NCBI GenBank assembly: GCA_964645535.1
Contig: CAZYCQ010000008.1
Span: forward strand, 18,696-82,695
Length of the DNA: 64,000 nucleotides
From: an uncultured archaeon
Lineage (GTDB): Archaea; Asgardarchaeota; Heimdallarchaeia; Heimdallarchaeales; Kariarchaeaceae
Direction of reading: 5' to 3'
In this document: one piece after another, positions 40,245 through 49,492 of the stretch
Layout of the letters: each line of letters opens with the position of its first letter
Numbering within the stretch: position 1 is the stretch's first letter
The notes under the pieces: model-generated
Seen by the model: only the letters and a program-made list of their open reading frames with translations
The model's database searches: none
What the model was told of the DNA's origin: nothing
Made by a program: the position numbers and the translations under genes

Positions 40245-40480
40245 GATTTCTGATTAAATAAATTTATTCTACAACCGTATGGGGAATTTTTGATTTCCGA
40301 TGCGTCCGATGGAACTTTTAGAAAACTGTTAAACGCAAATATAACCATCATTTCCGATGGAAATGTGGCAATGCAAATGACTTGAGAATTTGAGGGTAGA
40401 AATAGTATCTTTGCGCAATTTGAACCCCCTTTCCGTTCAATATTTACTTGTTTCCTAAACTTATGAGTGAAATCATTCAT
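40241..40480 (-). CDS. Small hypothetical protein (or split N-terminus of the downstream gene)
   Basis: Overlaps the lipase stop by 8 nt and the next start by ATGA. Confidence 0.5.
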   Translation of the reverse strand: MNDFTHKFRKQVNIERKGGSNCAKILFLPSNSQVICIATFPSEMMVIFAFNSFLKVPSDASEIKNSPYGCRINLFNQKS

Positions 40481-41258
40481 TCCTCATAATGTGATCAATG
40501 ACTGAAATGTAGGTTTCAATCATATGCTCTTCAAAAGAAAGGGTGCTCAGAAACTTGATGGCAGATTCCAATGTTGATTCCAGTTTATCAAACCATTTAG
40601 GGTTTATAATGATCCTTTGATTGTTATCAAGCAAAACTTGTGTTAGGAGATGACGATAGCCAAACCCTTTGGGGGGGACTTGACCGATAATATCTTTGTC
40701 ATTCAAGATGATGAAACTTTCATCGATCTCTTTGGAGAATTTCCTTTTGAACCATCGGTTCCCAGTCCTAGGCATGCCAAAGGACCAGAATTTAATCGGC
40801 AACTGAAATCTTTGTTTAAGAGACATTGCCGCGATTGAGCCAATGCCACCTCCCATGGAATAGCCAATTACCTCAATTTCTGCAAGAGAAGGCCGTAATG
40901 CCTTCAGCTCCTCTATTTTTTGATAGATTTCAGCTTCAACAGATCGGAAGGCTTGAAAAAAACCGGCATGAACCTTTGGTCGAAAGAAAGGACATCGTTG
41001 ATGTGGATAGGGAGTCAGAAGGATATTGATATTGGTGAGAAAATCCTGGGGAGAATCTGTTCCCCTGAAAACAACTAGGATGGATTTGGATCCTTCAGCG
41101 ATATACCCTTGGATGTCGCTCTTTTTATTATCAAACACATGAAACAGCTCATATCCCAATGGTCGAATTCCTTCTTCAATCTGTTGTGGAGATGTTTTGA
41201 AAGCCAAAAGGCACAACGATGCAAATTTTTTGGCAGAGGCTAAATCAAAGGAGTTCAT
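40473..41258 (-). CDS. Class 3 lipase (Lipase_3)
   Basis: VVFRGT, VHAGF, GYSMGG nucleophile elbow, SFGMPRTGN, DIIGQVPP, EH..ETY. No signal peptide. Confidence 0.92.
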   Translation of the reverse strand: MNSFDLASAKKFASLCLLAFKTSPQQIEEGIRPLGYELFHVFDNKKSDIQGYIAEGSKSILVVFRGTDSPQDFLTNINILLTPYPHQRCPFFRPKVHAGFFQAFRSVEAEIYQKIEELKALRPSLAEIEVIGYSMGGGIGSIAAMSLKQRFQLPIKFWSFGMPRTGNRWFKRKFSKEIDESFIILNDKDIIGQVPPKGFGYRHLLTQVLLDNNQRIIINPKWFDKLESTLESAIKFLSTLSFEEHMIETYISVIDHIMRNE

Positions 41259-41293
41259 TGATTGAAAATATGCTTCCCTAAATATGAAGGTTT

Positions 41294-42748
41294 TCAGATA
41301 CCAAAGTATGACTTTGCCAAGTCATTCAGTTCGTCAATCACTTCATTGGGGATATAATTATATGAGGTCACATCATATTTCTTGAAAACATCTACAGCCT
41401 TTGTGGAAAATTCCTTAAGGGCGACCTTATCCCGTATTTCCTTGTTCATTGTGAAAAGAATGAAGTTCAACTTTCTGACAGGGTAAACATAAATTGCACC
41501 TTTTTTGAAGTAGATTCGTTCTAAGCTCTCACTGTCACCAAATTCATTGACCAATGTCATCAGTGCATTGACGAAGTTCCCCAACAGTATTGGGAAATCC
41601 TGATTGGCAGATGAGATATTAGAACGGTAGTACAATGTCATCATGTTAGTTGTTATGATAATGGAATGTTGTAACCCTTCGGGGATAAGTTCATCAAGCC
41701 CAAAAAATGGTTCTTTTAACCAAACAAGTTCTTCAACGGGAATAGAAAGAAGTGCATCGAGTGCATAAAGAAAATCCTTTTCGGCCTCATCCATGTCAAG
41801 AATCTCATTTTCCAGCAAAGAAAGATAGAAGAAGCCGATGGTATCAAAAATATTCACGACGTCTATTTCTGAATCATTGTGCTGAAACCATTGTTTCATT
41901 TGATCTGCGGCAAGAAATGTACCCTCTGCATTCTCACGGTCATGGATTGAATGGTAGATCAATGACCTGACATAAAGGGAAAACATCATGAGAATTTTTT
42001 GGTTGAAATACGTCCCAATTATTTCAATCTGGTTCAGAGCATTGAAGATTGTGCTCAAGTAACGGGTTTCCTTATTAGGTTGGTATACACCATTTTGGTA
42101 AAGCACTTTTGCTGCAAGACCTATCATTGCCTTCAATCCATTGACATAATCAATCAAGAGGTTGGCCAATTTCCTTTTTTCCTTGACCTCATTGAGTCCA
42201 AGGGCAAGTTCAAGGAAATTTGCATCAATTACCGTTTCAAGATATTCCTCCATTAATTGTTGATCCAAGGCATCTCTAACTCTTTGAACCTTGACACGTT
42301 GAGCCAAAAAATTCTCTATCATTGTGGATCTGGAATATCGAAGGAGGTATTCATCATGCAATGATAAAAGATAGTTGCCAATTTGGGTGTCGGTATTATC
42401 AATCTCGAAGAAACCATGAATTAGTTCATCTTCTTCCATATTCAGAATTGTGGGTTTGATGCCTTCGTCGACATTGATGAAATATCGATATCGATCAGGA
42501 TATCGGGACTTGAGATGGGATAGAAAGACCATGGAATTTGCAATGAATTCATCCTCCCAATCTTTCAGATCAATCAAGACACAAAAGGAAGGGGTTTTGC
42601 CGACCAAAAAGGCTGCCTCATATCCAGAGGTGGTCGAATAAATCGGGAATTCATCAATTTTTGGAGCTTTTACAAGATCATGTACTTTCAAATGGATAAT
42701 TGACAATCTTTCGATGAAGACACACCTTCCTTGAACCAATAAACACAT
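41294..42748 (-). CDS. Protein with one helical+longin-like module (paralog of 37782-40244)
   Basis: NQKILMMFSLYVRSLIY and LLGNFVNALMTLVNEF..LERIYFKKG..NFILFT..DKVALKEF. True start may be slightly downstream. Confidence 0.7.
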   Translation of the reverse strand: MCLLVQGRCVFIERLSIIHLKVHDLVKAPKIDEFPIYSTTSGYEAAFLVGKTPSFCVLIDLKDWEDEFIANSMVFLSHLKSRYPDRYRYFINVDEGIKPTILNMEEDELIHGFFEIDNTDTQIGNYLLSLHDEYLLRYSRSTMIENFLAQRVKVQRVRDALDQQLMEEYLETVIDANFLELALGLNEVKEKRKLANLLIDYVNGLKAMIGLAAKVLYQNGVYQPNKETRYLSTIFNALNQIEIIGTYFNQKILMMFSLYVRSLIYHSIHDRENAEGTFLAADQMKQWFQHNDSEIDVVNIFDTIGFFYLSLLENEILDMDEAEKDFLYALDALLSIPVEELVWLKEPFFGLDELIPEGLQHSIIITTNMMTLYYRSNISSANQDFPILLGNFVNALMTLVNEFGDSESLERIYFKKGAIYVYPVRKLNFILFTMNKEIRDKVALKEFSTKAVDVFKKYDVTSYNYIPNEVIDELNDLAKSYFGI

Positions 42749-42780
42749 AGGTTTTATAATAAAAAACCTTTGTGGAAGCT

Positions 42781-43737
42781 TTATTTCAGATTGGCATCAT
42801 TTCTTAAACCATCCATTAAGTTTCTGATATCTACATTACCACCGCTAAGTATCAAGCCGATACGGAGATTTGAATCAGCCTCAAGTTTATGGAGAGCTGC
42901 AAGAGAAACAGCACCGGATGGTTCCACGACGAGTTTCATGCGTTCCCAAAGAAATTGCATCGCATCAATGATTTCTTTTTCCGAAACGGTGATGATGTCA
43001 TCAACATATTTAGTTATCAAGTCAAAGGTTAATGGAGAAAGACTTGTTCTCAACCCATCGGCGATTGTCTGTGGATTGGTTTGGGGGAGGAGTGTTCCTG
43101 ATCGGAAAGAACGGTAGGCATCATCGGCCATCTTCGGCTCAGCACCAAATACTTGGGAAATAGTTCCAGAAAGTTTTGAATAGGCAGATGTACCACTTAA
43201 AAGACCCCCACCACCAACAGGAGCGATAATTGCATCCAAATTTCCGACTTGTGAGACAAGTTCCATTGCAACAGTTCCTGCGCCCTGAATGACTTTGACA
43301 TTGTCATATGGATGGATAAACACATATCCGTGCTTATCGATTAACTGCTGACAGGTTTGTTCCCTTGCCTCCTGTGTAGGTTCACATTCGATGATGGTTC
43401 CACCGTATCCCCTAGTAGCATCTTTTTTTACTTGAGGGGCGTTGTTTGGCATGACAATTGTTGCTTTTATATTCAAAAGCTTACAAGCGAGGGCAACGGC
43501 TTGGGCATGGTTGCCGCTGGAATGGGTGATGACGCCCCTTTCCCGTTCTTCCTCAGTCAATTGAGAAATGGCATTGTATGCACCTCTGAACTTGAATGCA
43601 CCCATACGCTGGAAATTCTCTGCCTTGACAAATACATTGTGTCCAGTTAATTGGTTTAGGGTTCGAGAGGTCATAACAGGAGTCTTATTTGCGATTCCCT
43701 CCAATCGTTGCATGGCCTTCGCAATCTCTTCTAGCAC
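42781..43737 (-). CDS. PLP-dependent Ser/Thr dehydratase / serine racemase-like enzyme
   Basis: KAENFQRMGAFKFRGA, SSGNHAQ, PVGGGGL, TIADG, EPSGA, SGGNVD; no regulatory ACT domain. Confidence 0.92.
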   Translation of the reverse strand: MLEEIAKAMQRLEGIANKTPVMTSRTLNQLTGHNVFVKAENFQRMGAFKFRGAYNAISQLTEEERERGVITHSSGNHAQAVALACKLLNIKATIVMPNNAPQVKKDATRGYGGTIIECEPTQEAREQTCQQLIDKHGYVFIHPYDNVKVIQGAGTVAMELVSQVGNLDAIIAPVGGGGLLSGTSAYSKLSGTISQVFGAEPKMADDAYRSFRSGTLLPQTNPQTIADGLRTSLSPLTFDLITKYVDDIITVSEKEIIDAMQFLWERMKLVVEPSGAVSLAALHKLEADSNLRIGLILSGGNVDIRNLMDGLRNDANLK

Positions 43738-43770
43738 AAAGGCATTCTCCCCAATGGATATTTATTCCTT

Positions 43771-44397
43771 TCATTTGCAGGTAGTCAGGAAAAGAGATTT
43801 TGGGAGGTAATAATTTGCCCATCCATGAGAGAGTGTCAGGGAAATTGGATCCAAAATTCCATTGGAACAGGTCTTGTATGAATAGGTAAAGAGAAGTGAA
43901 AGGTTAGCATCAACATCCGCAATGGTCGAATTGAAAAAAAGTGGAACAAGGTAATGGGTTTGATTGTATGATTCTTGCAGACTAAAATCATGGGTTTTCA
44001 TCAATGCGGTATAGTTTTGAGTGGACAATGGCGATGATGAAAACTGTGAAGTCAGATTCAGTTTCTGGCCAAATCCAAGAAACTTTAAGAAGAAGGAGTC
44101 ATTGATTTTCTCTGCATCAAGAATAAAATCCTCATTCCCAGAGAATTTGTCATCATCTTCAAGATCTAATTGTACAAAAGAGGGGGTGACTTTTTCATTC
44201 ATCAGGATAAATGGCATTTTGAATACAAATGATGCGGGCGTACTCAATTCAATTCTGATGGCAACCTGTTCATGGTATTGCGGTCTGAAATTCAATAAAA
44301 TCGAGGGAAGCGAAAGCATGGCGACCAACAGAATGACGAAAAGTATTAACACGAGATACGGGCTTTTCAGTTTTTTCAGGGACATCCAACCAATCAA
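43771..44397 (-). CDS. Hypothetical membrane-anchored protein
   Basis: N-terminal TM followed by a beta-rich ectodomain. Confidence 0.6.
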   Translation of the reverse strand: MIGWMSLKKLKSPYLVLILFVILLVAMLSLPSILLNFRPQYHEQVAIRIELSTPASFVFKMPFILMNEKVTPSFVQLDLEDDDKFSGNEDFILDAEKINDSFFLKFLGFGQKLNLTSQFSSSPLSTQNYTALMKTHDFSLQESYNQTHYLVPLFFNSTIADVDANLSLLFTYSYKTCSNGILDPISLTLSHGWANYYLPKSLFLTTCK

Positions 44398-44454
44398 CAG
44401 GTGTCAGCATTTGAATGCAGTGTTAGGGATTATGCGAGAGTTTACATAATTTGA

Positions 44455-45135
44455 ATGAAGAATCGGTATGTGTCACTTTCAGGTCTGGCAGATTTTTTTG
44501 GAATTCGGGACACAAGATACGTGGAATTAGGAATCAAACCCAAATCATGTGGAGGGGGCGAAGAATTCAAATATTTTGCATTAATAGGTGATAAATTCCT
44601 TGACTTGGTTCTAATTGAAAAATTCGGGGAAAAAGGGATCCTGAATACTGGAAGAATTACGAAAAAAATAGCAACCATGGTAAATGCAAGCACATTGGGA
44701 AGGGTTGCAAGGAATTTAGGATTGCACGAATTAATGAAACCCCTTTCACCAAAACATAAGATACATAACAATGAACTAAAGGAAAGTGTTGAAGCCTTAT
44801 TGGGGATCTGTTATTTGATTAACGGGTACGCAAAAGGCTACACCATAGCACAAAAATTGATCGGTCTTCTTGAAAGAAATGCAGTGGAAAGCAATTTTAA
44901 GGGTAAAGCCAATGAAATTCTACAAAAAAAAGGGAGTGCGCCTGCCAAATATGAAACCATTAGAATTGGAGGAAAGGATCATGAACCAATCTTCCGTTCA
45001 ACAGCAATTGCCCGACTTGCGGAAGAGGATATCCGAATAGAAGGAGAACCGATGAAATCAAAGAAAGAAGCGGAACGGGATGCCGCAAAGAAGCTGTTTC
45101 ATTCCTTAAGAGCCTTGTTCAGAAATGAGCCCTAG
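44455..45135 (+). CDS. Ribonuclease III family protein with C-terminal dsRBD
   Basis: FALIGDKFL and KESVEALLG RNase III-like motifs; dsRBD NFKG...G.DHEPIF...SKKEAERDAAK. Confidence 0.8.
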   Translation: MKNRYVSLSGLADFFGIRDTRYVELGIKPKSCGGGEEFKYFALIGDKFLDLVLIEKFGEKGILNTGRITKKIATMVNASTLGRVARNLGLHELMKPLSPKHKIHNNELKESVEALLGICYLINGYAKGYTIAQKLIGLLERNAVESNFKGKANEILQKKGSAPAKYETIRIGGKDHEPIFRSTAIARLAEEDIRIEGEPMKSKKEAERDAAKKLFHSLRALFRNEP

Positions 45136-47187
45136 CATCTTGAAAATGAAGGTGTAGACAAATGCGAGTTCCTTGAGATAGTCATATCTTCCAGAAGCAC
45201 CGGCATGACCTGCACCCATATTTGTCTTAAGTAACAGGGGATTGCTGTCAGTCTTTGTTGCTCTCAATTTTGCAGTCCATTTGGCAGGTTCCCAATAGTG
45301 AACTCTTGGATCATTCAATCCGGCAGTGATAAGCATTGCAGGATATTCTTTCGGTTCGACATTATCATACGGAGAATAAGAGAGGATATATTCAAAGTAT
45401 TCAGGATCATTGGGATTCCCCCATTCCTTGTATTCAAATGTTGTCAGGGGAATGGTCTCATCCAGCATGGTATTGACCACATCAACAAAAGGAACCCTTG
45501 CCACCACTACCTTGAACAGATCAGGTCTCATGTTGACCACAGCCCCCATCAACAACCCTCCCGCACTACCACCCATGATGGCCAGCCGATCAGGGGATGT
45601 ATACTTTTTCTTAATGAGATGTTCTGCAACTGCAATGAAGTCGGTAAAGGTATTTTTCTTTTTCTTGAGCTTGCCTTCAAGGTACCAAGGCTTGCCCATC
45701 TCGCCACCTCCACGGATATGGGCAATCGCGTAAACCATCCCCCGTTCAAGAAAACTGAGAATGGGAGAATTAAATCCAGGATCGATACTGTAACCGTATG
45801 AACCGTAGCCATAAAGTAAGGCGGGAGCGGATCCGTCAAGAGGGACATCCTTACGGTAAGCTATTGAGATAGGGATCTGAGTTCCATCTTCAGCAGTAGC
45901 GTAATCCCTTTTTGTCACAAATTTGCTTGGGTCAAAACCCTTCACCTCCTCTTGCTTCCGGACAATTAGCTTCTGTTCAGAAACATCATAGTCGTAGGTT
46001 ATTGGAGGAGTAATGGGTGAGGAAAAACGGAACCTGTAGTATTTGGTTTCGTAATTTGGATTGCTCCCGGATCCAAGGGCATAAATCTGTTCAGGAAGTT
46101 CAATATCATGAAATTCACCCTTTCCAACATCAAAGATCGAGATTGCCATAAATCCCCCTTCTCTTTTGAATATTGCCAAGAAATCCTTGAATGCATCAAT
46201 GCCCACAATTCGGACTGCGGGATCATGAGGAATAAACTCAGTCCAATTTGATCGATCAATGTTGTTGATGGGACATTTCATGATTTTGAAATTGATGGCA
46301 TCCTCATTCGTCACAATATAGAAATTGTCTTCATGGTGGGTGATTGAATATTCCACACCCTCTGTCCTCGGAGCAAAAACAGTAAGGGCAGATTGTAAAC
46401 CAAATCCGGCATCACCTTTGGGAACCAAGGGGGCAAACCAAGTCTCAGTGGTGTCAGATGAGATGCTTGAAACCATCAGATAACCCTTGCTTCTTGATTT
46501 GCCGAAAACAACGAAATATTCCTTGTCCGCCTCCTCATAGATCAATTGATCTTCTTCAACAGCCTTTCCCAATTCATGAAACTTGAGTGCGTAGGATCGA
46601 TGGATATCATCCAATATCGTGTAGAAGATGGCTTTGCCGTTGTTGTCCCATTCAATGGCTCCAGCAACTTCATTGATTTCAGTCAAAATTTTTCCCGTTT
46701 CAATATCCTTGATGAAAAGATCATAGGTTTCATATCCATTCGTGTCAATTGAATATGCCATCAGTTTATGGTCAGGGCTTATTTTCAGTGCCCCCAATCG
46801 AAAGTATTCATGACCTTCAGCATACTCGTTCTCATCAAAAATCACCTCTTCCGGAGATTCCATGGATCCCTTCCTTCTACAATGGATTGCATAGTTCAAT
46901 CCCTCAACAGTTCGCACATAGTAGAAATAATCATCAATTTGAACGGGAACACTCATATCGGTTTCCTTGATTCGACCTTTCAGCTCCAAGTAGAGTTGCT
47001 CCTGAAAAGCTTCGGTGTCTTTCATGAATGCCTCGGTATATTCATTTTCAGCCTTGAGGTAGTTGATGACCTCTTCATTGTCTTTATCCCTTAACCAGAA
47101 ATAGGGGTCCTCCAGTTTTCGCCCGTGAATCTCTATGACCTTAGGTTTTTTCGGGGCTATCGGAGGGGAGAGTTTTTTCCGTAACAT
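45106..47187 (-). CDS. ptrB: Oligopeptidase B (S9A)
   Basis: DPYFWLRD, YGYGSYG, HIRGGGEMG, GGSAGG, DPRV.YWEPAKW, GHAGASGR. Confidence 0.93.
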   Translation of the reverse strand: MLRKKLSPPIAPKKPKVIEIHGRKLEDPYFWLRDKDNEEVINYLKAENEYTEAFMKDTEAFQEQLYLELKGRIKETDMSVPVQIDDYFYYVRTVEGLNYAIHCRRKGSMESPEEVIFDENEYAEGHEYFRLGALKISPDHKLMAYSIDTNGYETYDLFIKDIETGKILTEINEVAGAIEWDNNGKAIFYTILDDIHRSYALKFHELGKAVEEDQLIYEEADKEYFVVFGKSRSKGYLMVSSISSDTTETWFAPLVPKGDAGFGLQSALTVFAPRTEGVEYSITHHEDNFYIVTNEDAINFKIMKCPINNIDRSNWTEFIPHDPAVRIVGIDAFKDFLAIFKREGGFMAISIFDVGKGEFHDIELPEQIYALGSGSNPNYETKYYRFRFSSPITPPITYDYDVSEQKLIVRKQEEVKGFDPSKFVTKRDYATAEDGTQIPISIAYRKDVPLDGSAPALLYGYGSYGYSIDPGFNSPILSFLERGMVYAIAHIRGGGEMGKPWYLEGKLKKKKNTFTDFIAVAEHLIKKKYTSPDRLAIMGGSAGGLLMGAVVNMRPDLFKVVVARVPFVDVVNTMLDETIPLTTFEYKEWGNPNDPEYFEYILSYSPYDNVEPKEYPAMLITAGLNDPRVHYWEPAKWTAKLRATKTDSNPLLLKTNMGAGHAGASGRYDYLKELAFVYTFIFKMLGLISEQGS

Positions 47188-47304
47188 AAGACGAGATCGA
47201 CCATCCATTTTTCATTGTTTTGGAAACAGACTTTTTGAAAAGTCCATTTATGATCCTTTTCTGTTTAGCAGAAATTTAATAATGAGTGAGTTGAAGGAAA
47301 TAAC

Positions 47305-48762
47305 ATGGCGGAACCCACGGATGTAAGCCTATACATCCGAAGACTGCAAGTAATTTCTCAGGACGGATTGACAATCTATCACTATCCAGATACCTTCAAG
47401 AAAAATCCACAATTGATTTCAGGGATGCTCTCCGCCGTCTTCCTATTTATCAAGGAAGAATATGGGGGAAATGTCAAATCCATCATGCTTTCAGATCGGA
47501 AGATCAATTTCATAAGATATGGGAATTATCTCATAATCCTAGAACTAGAAACATTTGTTGATGAGGGATGCACACAGATTTTCTTTGATTACCTTTTGGA
47601 TCTCATGAAACCGGTTTTTGATAAGGCAAAGTCGGACTACAATCTTGCCATTACCCTTTTGGAAAGTATTGACCTAGGGCAGATATTCAGCTATGAACGG
47701 CAACTAGAGATTCTTATGAGACATGAAGTGCCAAGAGCATTGCAGGATGCATTTATCTTGATGCGAAGAAACAAGATAGAGATAAAACACACAGGAAACT
47801 GGTCTGCAAAGGCCATAGCTCGCTTCAAGGAACTGTTCGACAATAGGGATCAATTTGAAGCAATGAACATTGGAAAGGCGGAAGATGGAAGTTTTCAGAC
47901 ATTGATAAGTGATTCCACCACCAAAGCGGGGGTACTTTTCTTGTACCTACCCACTTATTCTTTTCAACTTTTAATCGCATTGCCTGAAAAGAGGGATAGC
48001 CTGTTGCTAAATATAGAGACTGGATTGAAAAATCTGTTTAGCTATCTTTTTGAGATGTATCCTCAAATCGATCTGGAAAAGATCAAGGAATATTTGCTTT
48101 CATTACGATTTCCCATAGAGATTAAGCATGACCATGAGTCTCAGGAAAATACGTTCAAAGAACAGATTCCAGACATGAACCCCATTAAGTTCGGAGTTCT
48201 AGCATTTGAGTTGCTTGGCAGTGACCTAGCAGTGGCAGTTGAGAGAGTTTTTACAGGAGAAAAGGTCGCAATTGTATGTGGAGAAATCGCTGCGTTTGCC
48301 ATTAAGACATTGTTTCAGCACTTTCTACCGAACTTAACTGAACAAATCCAATATTTTATGGATTCGGATTTATTCGTGGAAAGGAATGGTTTAATTTTGA
48401 TCCATCCCAGATTGGAAACACATTTGGAAAAAAAGAAGTTCAAAATTATTAAATTAGGGGAAAAACGCCAGAAAACGGATAATTCATCGTATATCTATCG
48501 AATATTCCGTGAAGCAACTGAATTTACCCTAGAAAATCGTTTGATCTTTTTTGCAGAAAAAATAAAGGAAATGACGGACATCTATGGAGACATCCTATTC
48601 TGCACTGTTGCAGAGTTTGATCGTGAAAGGGCTAGAAAACAGCTGAAAAGGATCAAGGCAACCCATAAGGACATTTATGAACTAGGAAAGAAAAAATTGG
48701 CCAAAGAATATCCCCAACTCATTTCACATTTGAACCAATTGGAACGGGGATCATTTAACTGA
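47305..48762 (+). CDS. Longin-domain protein with putative DENN/folliculin-like C-terminal region
   Basis: N-terminal LQVISQDGLTIY...NPQLISGMLSAV...VKSIML; C-terminal LLGSDLAVAVERVFTGEKVAIVC...LFQHFLP. Confidence 0.65.
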   Translation: MAEPTDVSLYIRRLQVISQDGLTIYHYPDTFKKNPQLISGMLSAVFLFIKEEYGGNVKSIMLSDRKINFIRYGNYLIILELETFVDEGCTQIFFDYLLDLMKPVFDKAKSDYNLAITLLESIDLGQIFSYERQLEILMRHEVPRALQDAFILMRRNKIEIKHTGNWSAKAIARFKELFDNRDQFEAMNIGKAEDGSFQTLISDSTTKAGVLFLYLPTYSFQLLIALPEKRDSLLLNIETGLKNLFSYLFEMYPQIDLEKIKEYLLSLRFPIEIKHDHESQENTFKEQIPDMNPIKFGVLAFELLGSDLAVAVERVFTGEKVAIVCGEIAAFAIKTLFQHFLPNLTEQIQYFMDSDLFVERNGLILIHPRLETHLEKKKFKIIKLGEKRQKTDNSSYIYRIFREATEFTLENRLIFFAEKIKEMTDIYGDILFCTVAEFDRERARKQLKRIKATHKDIYELGKKKLAKEYPQLISHLNQLERGSFN

Positions 48763-49441
48763 TTTCAAAAATCGAAGGCAACCTGTCCCTCCATTCTCTA
48801 CGGAAAACATAAGAATACCGTTTCTCCTGTCGTCCCATTGAATTGGCCTTGTAATGATACCCTAGTCTTTGAAAGCCAATTTTTTCATAGACGTGCTGCG
48901 CACGGGCATTGCCAGATTGGGTTTCAAGCCATACCGATTTAACGGATGTCAGTTCAAAGGTTGCGAATAGATACATCTGTGTGGCGATGGTACCTATTCC
49001 CAATTCCAAGAAATCAGGATGAAGGGCAATGCCGAAAATTAGTTCATCAAGGGAATCCGGTACAAGGGTCGAGATTCTGCCAACCAATAAAGGATCCGCT
49101 GTTTTTCGACGGAAAAGACCTTTTTTTGGTTCTTCTTTGGTTTTCAAATCAACGGATTCCCCAAAACTTAAGGCTTTCAAATACTGTCTTGTTTGATCTA
49201 GGTTTTGAAGAAGAGTGGAGTCAATGAAAACGGAAAACCAAAAATTTTTCTCGGTACTGTTTCCCCTAAACCAAAATCTATGATCCTGGGGGCTTTGATA
49301 ATTGAAATTCGCCCACAGAAATTCTTTTGCAGTGTAATGTGGCCATTTGCTAATTTCCTGAAGATCCTTCAGTGCCAACAATCGCATTAGAACCAATTTG
49401 TCCTTGGTTCTGATCAGTTTGTTTTCGAAGTTACTCTTCAA
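48755..49441 (-). CDS. GNAT acetyltransferase (RimJ/RimL-like)
   Basis: FGIALHPDFLELGIGT, N.RAQHVYEKIGF; TTG start. Confidence 0.82.
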   Translation of the reverse strand: MKSNFENKLIRTKDKLVLMRLLALKDLQEISKWPHYTAKEFLWANFNYQSPQDHRFWFRGNSTEKNFWFSVFIDSTLLQNLDQTRQYLKALSFGESVDLKTKEEPKKGLFRRKTADPLLVGRISTLVPDSLDELIFGIALHPDFLELGIGTIATQMYLFATFELTSVKSVWLETQSGNARAQHVYEKIGFQRLGYHYKANSMGRQEKRYSYVFRREWRDRLPSIFEIS

Positions 49442-49492
49442 ATTGCTGAATCCAATTTATTCTTTGAATTGAATCTTTTAAGTGTTAGGTAA

